32,000 nt of DNA from Trichlorobacter lovleyi SZ (GTDB taxonomy: Bacteria; Desulfobacterota; Desulfuromonadia; Geobacterales; Pseudopelobacteraceae): NCBI RefSeq assembly GCF_000020385.1, contig NC_010814.1:2130001-2162000 (forward strand), in the 5' to 3' direction. The notes below the pieces were generated by a model. It worked only from the letters and a program-made list of their open reading frames with translations. It was not told the DNA's origin and ran no database searches. The position numbers and the translations under genes were made by a program. This document shows, piece by piece, positions 22,577 to 31,448 of the stretch. Numbering within the stretch: position 1 is the first letter of the stretch; each line of letters opens with the position of its first letter.

Positions 22577-24819
22577 GCCCTGCCTGCCTTTCTCTTTTTG
22601 TATTTGGGATCAGTGATCCGTTCCAGGTACTCAAGGGATTGCATCAGTGTCCATGAGATCAGGAAGTAGAGGATGGCCACCATGACCAGGGGAAAGAAGG
22701 CGTCAAAGGTGCGGCTGCGGATGATGTCGCTGGCCTTGGTCAGATCCTGTACGGCGATGTAGCCGACAATGGAGGTCATCTTGACCAGGGAGATGAACTC
22801 GCCTTTGTAGACCGGCAGGATCCGCCGCACCATCTGGGGCAGTACAATATGCAGGAAGGTGCTGGTCCTGGTGAAGCCTAAAGAGATACCAGCCTCGGTC
22901 TGCCCCTTTTCCACCCCTTCAATGCCGGTCCTGAAGATCTCGGCGGTGTAGGCGCCGAAGTTCATCCCAAAGGCGATCACCGCCACAATGACCGGGCTGA
23001 TGTTGATTGAGGCAAAGACGACATAGAAGATCAGCATCAACAGCACCAGTACCGGTGTGCCCCGCAGGATGGCGATGTAGAGCCTGGCAGGGGCAGAGAG
23101 CAGCCTGCTCTTTGCCATCCGCATGAAGCAGATCAGCGCCCCCAGCAGGGTGCCGAAGAGGGTGGCGAAGACCGAAATGACCACGGTGGTCTTGAGACCG
23201 TCCAGGATCAGCAGATACCGCATCTCATGGATGATGTTGCTCTGAAAACTGGTGACAAGGTCGCTGAAAAAGGAGGGAGCGGCCGTTGTCGCAGATGAGC
23301 CGGTCTTTCTGACCAGCACCGATATATCATTTGTAATATAGGGAACAGAAAAATTGATCAGCTTCTTCCGCTCTTCTGTCACGTTGAAATTGGAGAGTGC
23401 AAAGTCAATCTTGCCTGATTGCAGCGCTGGAATCAGGGCTTCAAAATTCATGTCGATGATCTCTATTTTTTTATTGAGACGTTCCCCGAGCAGCTGGCTC
23501 AGTTCACGGTCAAGCCCGGTGATGATGCCGTTTGACTGGAATGAAAACGGTTCAAGGTTGGCGCAGGTTCCCATCCGCAGCACACCGCTGGTATGCACAG
23601 CTTTAGCGGGCTGCAGCTGCGGGGTGGCGGTGTATTTTGTATCAACCCATTTTGTTCTCAGGCGCTGCAGTTCACCTTCCTGTTTCAAGCTTTGTAATGC
23701 CTTGTTCATTTCTGAAAGCAGTGCGGTATTATCCTTTCTGAGCGCTGCAGCCACTTCCAGTTTATCCACCGCTTGATCAAGAATCATCAGCTCCGGATTC
23801 TTTTCAGCCAGATTCAACAGTACGCTTTTGTCATAGACAAAGGCATCCGCCTTATTGGTCGTAATCGCCAGGGCGGCGTCCGCTGCTGCCGTAAAAACCT
23901 GGAATTGCGAGCCTGAAAATTTTTGACGGGCTGCCATTTCGCCCGCCGAGCCGGGCAGAACGCAGATCCGTTTGCCTTTCAAGCTGTTAAGCGTGCTCAG
24001 CTCTGACCTGTCTGATACTGTAGAAAGAGGCGCAACAGCGGGTTTTCTGACCAGCATGACCTGTTTATTGGCAAAATAGGGCTGTGTAAAGTTGACTGTC
24101 TTTTTGCGCTCACTGGTTGCTGTCATGCCGCTGATGATCAGATCAACCTTGCCCGACTGCAGGGCCGGAATCAATGCCATGAATTTCATATTAAAAAATT
24201 CAACCGGTCTCTGAAGTTTTACAGCAATGATACGGGCCAGTTCACCGTCAAAACCTGACACTCTGCCGTGGTCATCTACAAAACTGAACGGCTCCCGTGT
24301 GGCGCTCACCCCTATTTTGAGGATCTTGCCCTGCCTGAGTGGTACGACATCAAGTTCTTGATACGGACTTAAATCCGGCTTCAACCACCGTTTTTCCATA
24401 TCCGCCAGCGTGCCGTCAGCTTTCAGTGCAGCAACAATCCGATCCACCGTTGCCAGCAACTGATCATTGTCTTTTCTGACGGCAATGGCGGTATCTTCAA
24501 AATCAAGCGGCTCCGGCAGGATTCTTAATTCAGGATTCTTTTTTGAGACCTGCAGGGCAGCCGGAAACAGGGTGATGATCGCATCCAGCTGCCCTGATTT
24601 TATGGCTGCAACAGCATCCATGATGTCGTCAAAACTCTTGACCTGGGCTTTGGGAAACCGCTTGGCAGCAACAGCCTCGCCGGTTGAACCGGTCATCACG
24701 CCGATCCTGGCTTTTTGGGCATCGGCAAAACCGACTATAAGCTTTTCATTCTTGCTACAACCGCTCAAGAAAATACTCAGCACCCAAAAGACAAGTGCCA
24801 AATGTACAGCTTTTATCAT
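22573..24819 (-). CDS. Lipoprotein fusion: solute-binding-domain modules (family 3) fused to a polar-amino-acid ABC permease
   Basis: 748 aa with a lipobox signal [24 protein letters not shown]_bac_3-like sequence spans aa 27-147, 165-392 and 413-505. The TMD (aa ~530-735) carries the EAA loop [21 protein letters not shown]. Confidence 0.9.
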   Translation of the reverse strand: MIKAVHLALVFWVLSIFLSGCSKNEKLIVGFADAQKARIGVMTGSTGEAVAAKRFPKAQVKSFDDIMDAVAAIKSGQLDAIITLFPAALQVSKKNPELRILPEPLDFEDTAIAVRKDNDQLLATVDRIVAALKADGTLADMEKRWLKPDLSPYQELDVVPLRQGKILKIGVSATREPFSFVDDHGRVSGFDGELARIIAVKLQRPVEFFNMKFMALIPALQSGKVDLIISGMTATSERKKTVNFTQPYFANKQVMLVRKPAVAPLSTVSDRSELSTLNSLKGKRICVLPGSAGEMAARQKFSGSQFQVFTAAADAALAITTNKADAFVYDKSVLLNLAEKNPELMILDQAVDKLEVAAALRKDNTALLSEMNKALQSLKQEGELQRLRTKWVDTKYTATPQLQPAKAVHTSGVLRMGTCANLEPFSFQSNGIITGLDRELSQLLGERLNKKIEIIDMNFEALIPALQSGKIDFALSNFNVTEERKKLINFSVPYITNDISVLVRKTGSSATTAAPSFFSDLVTSFQSNIIHEMRYLLILDGLKTTVVISVFATLFGTLLGALICFMRMAKSRLLSAPARLYIAILRGTPVLVLLMLIFYVVFASINISPVIVAVIAFGMNFGAYTAEIFRTGIEGVEKGQTEAGISLGFTRTSTFLHIVLPQMVRRILPVYKGEFISLVKMTSIVGYIAVQDLTKASDIIRSRTFDAFFPLVMVAILYFLISWTLMQSLEYLERITDPKYKKRKAGRA

Positions 24820-24822
24820 GCA

Positions 24823-26769
24823 TTACCCTTTCCGATCATCCTGTATCCCCCGGTATTTTATGGCGACCATGGTAACGTCGTCAGATTGCGGAGCGCCATT
24901 GGCATGGTGTGTAATTTCGTCACGAATATAATGCACCATGTCAGTCAACTCCAGATCGGGAACACGTTGCAGGGCCTGCAGCAACTGTTCCTCCCCATAC
25001 AGCTCGTCAGCACGGTTGGTTGCCTCGGTAACACCGTCGGTATACATGAACAATGTATCTCCCGGCTGCAGGGTAAGATGCTCGGTTGTATAGGTCATAT
25101 CCTGCATCGGACCCAGCACAAAACCTGGTTTCAGGTTCAGATAGCGTATCTTTTGAGACTCTATCAACAGCGGCGGATTATGGCCTGCATTGGCAAAACG
25201 GACTTCTCCGGTTCTAACATCCAGAATGCCGCAAAAAACCGTAGCAAACATGCAGCTGTCATTGTCAGTGGCAAGTACGTTATTGACATAGCCAAGTATC
25301 TGGTCAGGCTCACCCAGCCGCTGTCCTTCAGACTTCAGGAGGGTCTTTGCCACCATCATATACAGTGCGGCAGGCACCCCCTTGCCGGCCACATCAGCAA
25401 TCAGGAAGCAGAGATTATGCGCATCAATAAAAAAGAAATCATAGAAATCCCCGCCAACCTCCTTGGCCGGGTCCATTGAGGCAAAGATATCGAACTCCGG
25501 TCGATCCGGAAACGCGGGAAACAGACGGGGAAGCAGGCTGGCCTGGATATCGGTGGCAACCTTGAGTTCACTCTTGATCCGCTCTTTGGCCGCAGTGGTC
25601 TCGGTCAGATTCCTGATGTACTCCTTGAGAGACTCCTTCATCATCTGAAAGTCCTGGGTGAGCAGGCCGACTTCATCTTTTGTGCGGATCGGCGGAAGGT
25701 CCAGATCAAAGTTGCCTGATGCCATCAGGTGGGTTGCTGCAGCCAGCGAACGCAGCGGTTTCGTGATGGAGCTGGCAATGGAAACCACCGCCGCAGTCAG
25801 AACGAGGATGCCGACAAACCCCATGGCAGCCATGGTCATGCTCAAGCGCCTGACATTTTCCAGCAGCTCCGACTCAGGAAACACTACAGCAAGCGTCCAT
25901 CCGGTTGATCTGATCGGTGTGTAGTACATCCAGCTCCTGACACCCACCAGGCTCTTGTAGAGTATGAAACCGGATTCTCCCCTGACCATCTTTTTACCCA
26001 GTTCCCGCAGTGACGGATCCTTGCGTTCCTCGGCAATGCTGAAGAAGGTCTCATTCATAACTGCATCCTTCAACGGATGGGCGAGCAACATCCCGTTACG
26101 TGAAAGAAGCGCGGCATAACCGGTCTTGAGTATCCTGGTAGAGGAAACAAGCTTTGTCAGAGAGTCCAATGAGATATCAGCCGTCACGACCCCTTTGAGA
26201 TGCTTTATTCCGTTGACCGTATCGTAAAAAGGTACCGAACAGGTGGACATTGAAATATTGCCGGCCCCTTCGTCAAAGTACGGTTCGCTCCATTCACGCT
26301 TGCCAAGTTCCCGCGGGATCTGGTACCAGTCCCAGTAGAGGTACGGCACGTGCTGGTAGGCTGTTTCCAGGCGACTGAAGGCAATCGATCCCTTTTCCCG
26401 GTAAAAATAGGGAGCATACAGACGGGTAGATTTGCTGAAGGCGTAGGGTTCAAAGGCCACAGTAGATCCGTATATCTCCGGATTTTTCTCAACTGTTGCA
26501 CGGATCAGCGCCAACAGTTCCTGCTCACTATAGCGGCCGGTTTCCAGTGAACGGGCCACCCCTTCTGTCACCTTGGCGACTGCAACAAGCTCTGTCTCCA
26601 CCCGGTGCACCAGTGACATGGCAAGATTGCGTGCGTTGTTTTCCAGCTCCTGTTCCAGTATCTGCCGGGAACGGTAATAGTTGTAGCCGAGCGCTGCGGC
26701 AAAGATGCACGAGCAACAGAGTGTGATTACGAATACCAGCCTGACGACAATGCTACTTTTCCCGGGCAT
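24823..26769 (-). CDS. Membrane sensor phosphatase: extracytoplasmic Cache-like domain, HAMP, PP2C/SpoIIE (RsbU-type) phosphatase
   Basis: TM1 (VVRLVFVITLCCSCIFAAALG), a periplasmic region of about 270 aa, TM2 (MTMAAMGFVGILVLTAAVVSI) and a HAMP linker. PP2C motifs GGDFYDFF, DVAGKGVPAAL, TDGVTEA and DDVTMVAI. The preferred ATG is 26767-26769, 4 nt after GGGAGG. The ORF-track ATG at 26793 has no SD. Confidence 0.88.
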   Translation of the reverse strand: MPGKSSIVVRLVFVITLCCSCIFAAALGYNYYRSRQILEQELENNARNLAMSLVHRVETELVAVAKVTEGVARSLETGRYSEQELLALIRATVEKNPEIYGSTVAFEPYAFSKSTRLYAPYFYREKGSIAFSRLETAYQHVPYLYWDWYQIPRELGKREWSEPYFDEGAGNISMSTCSVPFYDTVNGIKHLKGVVTADISLDSLTKLVSSTRILKTGYAALLSRNGMLLAHPLKDAVMNETFFSIAEERKDPSLRELGKKMVRGESGFILYKSLVGVRSWMYYTPIRSTGWTLAVVFPESELLENVRRLSMTMAAMGFVGILVLTAAVVSIASSITKPLRSLAAATHLMASGNFDLDLPPIRTKDEVGLLTQDFQMMKESLKEYIRNLTETTAAKERIKSELKVATDIQASLLPRLFPAFPDRPEFDIFASMDPAKEVGGDFYDFFFIDAHNLCFLIADVAGKGVPAALYMMVAKTLLKSEGQRLGEPDQILGYVNNVLATDNDSCMFATVFCGILDVRTGEVRFANAGHNPPLLIESQKIRYLNLKPGFVLGPMQDMTYTTEHLTLQPGDTLFMYTDGVTEATNRADELYGEEQLLQALQRVPDLELTDMVHYIRDEITHHANGAPQSDDVTMVAIKYRGIQDDRKG

Positions 26770-27787
26770 TGGACCTCCCGCTGAAGGTGGCATAGTCGGG
26801 ATAGCTCCGGATCAGACCATTTGCACGCAGAGCACGGCCAACCCCCTCATAATCCTGCTGTTTGAGCAGGCCCGGTAATCCTCGGGGAGCGTCGTACATG
26901 ATCAGATCCCGCATCCGGTCAAGCATCCATTTCTGATGAACCCGGTTGGCAGGTATCTGAGCCTCGCGCATATACTTGATGACAACATCCAGCGCTTCAT
27001 CCGGATGGGCAAAGGCGTAATGCCACCCCTCCAGCGAGGCCGCCACAAAGGCTTTTGCCAGGGCTGGATCATTTTGCAGTGTCTTTTCCAGGGTATAAAT
27101 CCCGTCTTCCGGGTACTGCATCCCCAGTTCATGAAGTGAGAAAACCTGCAGCTCATCGGGATCAAGCCCTGCATTGAGCATCACATGGTACTCGTTATAC
27201 CACATGGCGGATGTCACATCGATGCCGTCGCGCAGAAAGAGGTTTATCGTGTGTGACTGGGGAACCTCCCGCACCTTGATCCCGTACCTGGCGACCAGAG
27301 CACGCGGTGGTATTGACAACTCTCCTCCCCACATCCCTACCTTCCTGCCGTTCATATCCTTAACAGTTTTAATGCCGCTGGATTTTTTAGCGACCAGCAT
27401 CATTGAGGAACGCTGAATGATCTGCGCCAGGTTCACCAGTTTTACACCGGCAGAGTGGCGTTTCAGCGCCGTTGTCAACCAGAGCACGGCAAAATCCGCC
27501 TTGCCCTCCTGCAGGGTCTGTGCAGGAGAATAGCCCGGTCCGGCCTTGAGAATCTTCAGGTCAATGCCGTGGCGGGCATAGATCCCTTTGTCAAGGGCCA
27601 CATAATAGCCGGCAAACTGGGCCTGGGGGCTCCAGAGCGGCATCAGGGAGGCCTTTTTCAGGGCAGTTTCAACGGCGCCGGCAGGAGACCAGGGGGCATA
27701 ACAGAGTACAAACAGCATCAGTGCGCTGATCTGCCTCAGCCAGGTCCATCCGTTGTGATTGCGTTGTGATTGGAGTGAGATGGTCAT
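26753..27787 (-). CDS. Periplasmic NMT1/THI5-like (nitrate/sulfonate/bicarbonate family) substrate-binding protein
   Basis: 344 aa with a signal sequence (LRQISALMLFVLCYAPWSPAGA). Family-typical N-terminal block PLWSPQAQFAGYYVALDKGIYARHGIDLKIL and the later block GRKVGMWGG. The stop overlaps the start of the phosphatase gene. Confidence 0.78.
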   Translation of the reverse strand: MTISLQSQRNHNGWTWLRQISALMLFVLCYAPWSPAGAVETALKKASLMPLWSPQAQFAGYYVALDKGIYARHGIDLKILKAGPGYSPAQTLQEGKADFAVLWLTTALKRHSAGVKLVNLAQIIQRSSMMLVAKKSSGIKTVKDMNGRKVGMWGGELSIPPRALVARYGIKVREVPQSHTINLFLRDGIDVTSAMWYNEYHVMLNAGLDPDELQVFSLHELGMQYPEDGIYTLEKTLQNDPALAKAFVAASLEGWHYAFAHPDEALDVVIKYMREAQIPANRVHQKWMLDRMRDLIMYDAPRGLPGLLKQQDYEGVGRALRANGLIRSYPDYATFSGRSNAREK

Positions 27788-28000
27788 AGTGTCTGCCGGT
27801 CAGGTACAAAACCAGCCACATTCCTCATGAAGTTTTCAGGGGATATGGCAAAATCGGTGCAAGCAGTTATTGGGATCAACATCTTAGTTGTTGTTTGCAA
27901 ATGGTAACACCAGCACGGCAACTGTCAATCTGAAAGCGGGTTCATCATCAAATGCAGACAGTGCATGGCCGCATTGCGCTCCCGCTTGCAGCGAAATTCT

Positions 28001-29197
28001 CTAACTGCAGCAACTCTGCATCTGCAACGCACCGGCCGGGCAGACATGGCTGCAGAGTGAACAGCTCTTGCAGACAGTCGGATCGATCCCCGGCAGCCCC
28101 TTGTTCCAGCTGATGGCCTGGTAACCTCCGTCGCGACAGGCAGTAAAGCAGGCGCCGCAGTGAGTACAACGCTCAGCCAGCAGTCTTGGAGAAACCATCG
28201 TGCCAGCGGGCAACTTCTTGAAACTGGTGGCTGAATCTCGACAGAGCCCGATAAAATCAACCGGAGCGGTAAAATCATGCCACGTCATGAACTCCCGCAG
28301 TTCCTGTTGCATTCTGTCAATTATGCCAAAACCATGCAGCATTACTTCGGTGGCCATCTGCACGACAGGTGCACCCAAGAGCATGAACTCCACGGCGTCA
28401 AAGCCGTTGGCGATGCCACCGCTGGCCATGACCGGTAAACCGGGTGACTGACAGAGTTCGCTGACTGCCCGCAGGGCAATCGGTTTGATACCAGGGCCGG
28501 AATAACCGCCATAGCTGGTTTTGCCGCCGATATCAGGTTTTGGCCGCAAGGTACGCAGATCAAAGCCAAAGAATGAGGGAATGGTATTGATGGCACAGAA
28601 CCCGTGAGCACCGGCCAGGGCCAGCTCTTCTGCAATATTCTGGATGTTGGCTACAGCGGCAGTCAGTTTGGGAATCACCGGAATGGTGATCTCTTTACAG
28701 TCTGTTACCCAACGGGTGATCTGTGCCGCATAGTCCGGATTCTGACCGATGGCTGCCCCACGGCCCCGTTCCGGGTAACCGTGGGGGCAGGAAAAATTAA
28801 GTTCCAGCAGGTCTGCCCCGGCATCCTGACAGCCCAGGGCAAGGGAGTGCCACTCATCAGGTGAATTGGCAGCCCCCATGATACTGCCAATGATCGGACA
28901 ATCGGGAAAATCAGCCTTGATGCACCGGATGGCCCGATACCACTCATCCGGTGCCTGTTCACTCAACAGCTCCAGGTTTTCAAAACCGGTGATCCGGTTG
29001 CCATGCCTGATTGCAGCAAAACGGTTGGGCAGGTTGTGTACCGGTTCGCGAATAAGGGTCTTGATCACGGCCCCGCCCCACCCTGCTTCAAAGGCACGCC
29101 GCACCATGTCAGCGGTGGCGGTGGGTGGGGCCGAGGCCAGAACAAACGGATTCCTGAAGACTACTCCCAAATAGGTTGAATCCAGGACAACAGGCAT
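28001..29197 (-). CDS. DHOD/DPD-family flavoprotein with a C-terminal 2x[4Fe-4S] ferredoxin domain (PreA-like dihydropyrimidine dehydrogenase subunit)
   Basis: 398 aa with VVFRNPFVLASAP, the active-site loop LNFSCPHGYPERG and the FMN-binding end GGIANGFDAVEFMLLGAPVVQMAT. Cluster motifs CTHCGACFTAC and CKSCSLCSHVCP. AGGAG lies 7 nt before the ATG at 29197. Confidence 0.85.
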   Translation of the reverse strand: MPVVLDSTYLGVVFRNPFVLASAPPTATADMVRRAFEAGWGGAVIKTLIREPVHNLPNRFAAIRHGNRITGFENLELLSEQAPDEWYRAIRCIKADFPDCPIIGSIMGAANSPDEWHSLALGCQDAGADLLELNFSCPHGYPERGRGAAIGQNPDYAAQITRWVTDCKEITIPVIPKLTAAVANIQNIAEELALAGAHGFCAINTIPSFFGFDLRTLRPKPDIGGKTSYGGYSGPGIKPIALRAVSELCQSPGLPVMASGGIANGFDAVEFMLLGAPVVQMATEVMLHGFGIIDRMQQELREFMTWHDFTAPVDFIGLCRDSATSFKKLPAGTMVSPRLLAERCTHCGACFTACRDGGYQAISWNKGLPGIDPTVCKSCSLCSHVCPAGALQMQSCCS

Positions 29198-29289
29198 ATG
29201 GTTACTCCTGTCTTCATCAAAACTGCAGTAACGTGATACCGCTTAAAAGGATCAATCTGCAGTATTGCAACCTTTTCCTTGCTCTCCGA

Positions 29290-31389
29290 TTACAGCGTGG
29301 GATACAAGGTCTGCAGGTGTGCCTTCATGGCCGGGCTGAGCTGTTTGAACAGCTGGGCATTGTATGATGCGTTGTACGGTACCCCTTGCAGGGTCAGATC
29401 AACAAACTGGATTGATGGATCGGTATAGGCATCTCCGGAATGTGCTACAGCAATATCACCTCCCTGCACCCGGGTCGGGTCTATGGGACCAAAGTCATTA
29501 CCATAGTATGTCGCATAGTTTGGAGGATTGCCTTTTAACGGATTTTGCAGAATCTGCTGCGTTGCAATGGCATACTTGCGTGATGTTGCTGCGGGTGTGC
29601 CTTCTTTTACTGCGATATCAACATTCACCGCCTCAATTGAGATGCTGTAGTCGCTATTAATGAAGATCTCGAAGGTGCGGAACTGCTGCGGGAAATCACG
29701 CAGTGATGAGCTTTCAACCTGCCAGAAGCCGTTTTCAGGAACGCCTCCGATAGCAGGCGGTTGAAATGCCTTGACAGTGTTGACATGACGGTGCCCGGCG
29801 ATCCACATCAACAGGTTTGTGCTGTTCTGAAGGGTAGTAACCAACTCCGTAATAGTGCAGGCATTCGTGATTGTGGCGTTGGAATCACCAAGCCACCATT
29901 CCAGTTCAGTGCCAACGTTGCTAACACAGATCGGGATATGGCAGGCAATGATCATCAGCTGATTGGCTGCCTGACCATCGGCAAGTTCCGCCTTAAGCCA
30001 GTTCCAGCGTGCTGCATCGAGGAAGCCGTGACCATGAATATCGAGAGAACCGTCGTCTTCACGCTGGGTATCATCCAGTACAATCACCTTCAGCGGCACA
30101 CTTGCCTTGGGCACAAAACTGTAGCAGGCAAACCCGGCTCTGTCAGCAGCCGGAACCAGACCAAAATTGGGGTTGGAAGTAACCAGGTTAAAACCATGGC
30201 CGACCGGACTGGTGGTTGTCTTGAAAAACTCCTGAATCCAATCGGTTCTAGGTAACGAGCGACGGTTGGGGTCGGCAACCACCTTGGGAGCCGTTGCGAG
30301 AGTTCCTGCGAATTTTATGGTACCCAACGGAGTTGTACCGTCAATTACGCCTTGATAGTATCTGTCATTTGAATCATTCAGCCTGGTATTGTTGATATTG
30401 GCCGGGAATAAGGCCGGTTGTGTAAGGGTGACGGGCGTAAGCAGGTCATTTGACACTGACCAGACCGTATCGCTAACGTATGACTCAGCAAGGCCGGCAG
30501 TCTCAGAGATTGGGAATGAGCCGATCATGAAATGGTCATGATTACCAAGGGCCTGATAAAACGGGATCGATTTATCCAGACCGGCAGCCTTGAACGGCTT
30601 CTGGTAATCAATGCTGTCGGCCCCGTCATGGGCACCGGAACTGGGTGTAATCACCTTACCGTCAATGATATCAAGATACCACCTGAGTTCGTTGTACATA
30701 CTAGTGTTGCAGACATCACCCAGCGAAATAAAGAAATCAAAGGGATCTTTCCTATGCAGGGCATTTGCCGTCTGAATGGCCGCATCAAAGACCTGGGGGG
30801 TGTACAACATAACACCGGAGTAGATGGAGCTGTTTTGCCCGGCAAAACCAGGAAGGCTTTGCTGGAGATAGATCAACTGATTGGGCGCTTCCTTGTCAGT
30901 CAGATGGATATCGGTCATGGCAAAGAAGTTCAGCAGCCGTGTCTTTTTGGTAACTAATGCGGCACTATAGCCGCTTGGCATGATATCGGTCCGCTGCACG
31001 ACCGGCAGTGGCCAGTCGACATAGCTCCATTTGCCATACCCCAAAGAATCATAGTCGGCAATCCGGTACAGCTGATTCCATTTAAGCGCGCTCTTGCCAT
31101 TGGGACTGTAGAGCGGGTCAGGCGGATCAGGCATTGTACCGGGAGAAGGAGCTGCAGAAGCCGGCGTGTAAGGGAATGAGATCATCCGCTCACTGGTTTT
31201 AACCACCTTTGAATCAATCGGGTATCCGGCAATCTGGGCTGAGCTGCTACTGCTGCTGCCACATCCATAATTAAGCGAGCCCAAAGAGATACAGGCAGCT
31301 GTTCCGGCAGTGTATTTGATGAAATCCCGTCGTGAAACTTCACCGCTTTTTTTCTGTTTATTCTCCTGCATCTTGACTTCGTCACTCAT
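29290..31389 (-). CDS. Tat-exported large metallophosphoesterase (calcineurin-like fold with long inserts; resembles the TIGR03768-type family)
   Basis: 699 aa from the ATG at 31387-31389 (SD AAGGGGA). Twin-arginine motif SRRDFIKYTAGTAA. Phosphoesterase motifs MTDIHLTD, LGDVCN, GNHDHF, ACHIP and GHRHVN. The ORF-track start at 31449 overlaps the upstream paralog stop and is not needed. Confidence 0.85.
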   Translation of the reverse strand: MSDEVKMQENKQKKSGEVSRRDFIKYTAGTAACISLGSLNYGCGSSSSSSAQIAGYPIDSKVVKTSERMISFPYTPASAAPSPGTMPDPPDPLYSPNGKSALKWNQLYRIADYDSLGYGKWSYVDWPLPVVQRTDIMPSGYSAALVTKKTRLLNFFAMTDIHLTDKEAPNQLIYLQQSLPGFAGQNSSIYSGVMLYTPQVFDAAIQTANALHRKDPFDFFISLGDVCNTSMYNELRWYLDIIDGKVITPSSGAHDGADSIDYQKPFKAAGLDKSIPFYQALGNHDHFMIGSFPISETAGLAESYVSDTVWSVSNDLLTPVTLTQPALFPANINNTRLNDSNDRYYQGVIDGTTPLGTIKFAGTLATAPKVVADPNRRSLPRTDWIQEFFKTTTSPVGHGFNLVTSNPNFGLVPAADRAGFACYSFVPKASVPLKVIVLDDTQREDDGSLDIHGHGFLDAARWNWLKAELADGQAANQLMIIACHIPICVSNVGTELEWWLGDSNATITNACTITELVTTLQNSTNLLMWIAGHRHVNTVKAFQPPAIGGVPENGFWQVESSSLRDFPQQFRTFEIFINSDYSISIEAVNVDIAVKEGTPAATSRKYAIATQQILQNPLKGNPPNYATYYGNDFGPIDPTRVQGGDIAVAHSGDAYTDPSIQFVDLTLQGVPYNASYNAQLFKQLSPAMKAHLQTLYPTL

Positions 31390-31448
31390 AGAGTTCCCCT
31401 TTGCTTGGATGTTGCTGCCTGATACTCTCTGCAACCCCAGTCCCTGCA

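Noticed and set aside
24715-25479. 254-aa plus-strand ORF opposite the PP2C phosphatase gene
   Set aside because: It is antisense to a region carrying all PP2C motifs and spans the junction of two minus-strand genes.
27897-27912. Possible sigma-54 promoter (minus strand TGGTGTTACCATTTGC) upstream of the four-gene operon
   Set aside because: The GG and GC elements are separated by 11 nt rather than the strict 10 nt. No enhancer-binding-protein gene is nearby.
27925-28278. 117-aa minus-strand ORF overlapping the 3' end of the PreA-like gene
   Set aside because: It is an alternative frame of the ferredoxin-domain coding region. The PreA-like frame carries two canonical CxxCxxCxxxC(P) motifs.
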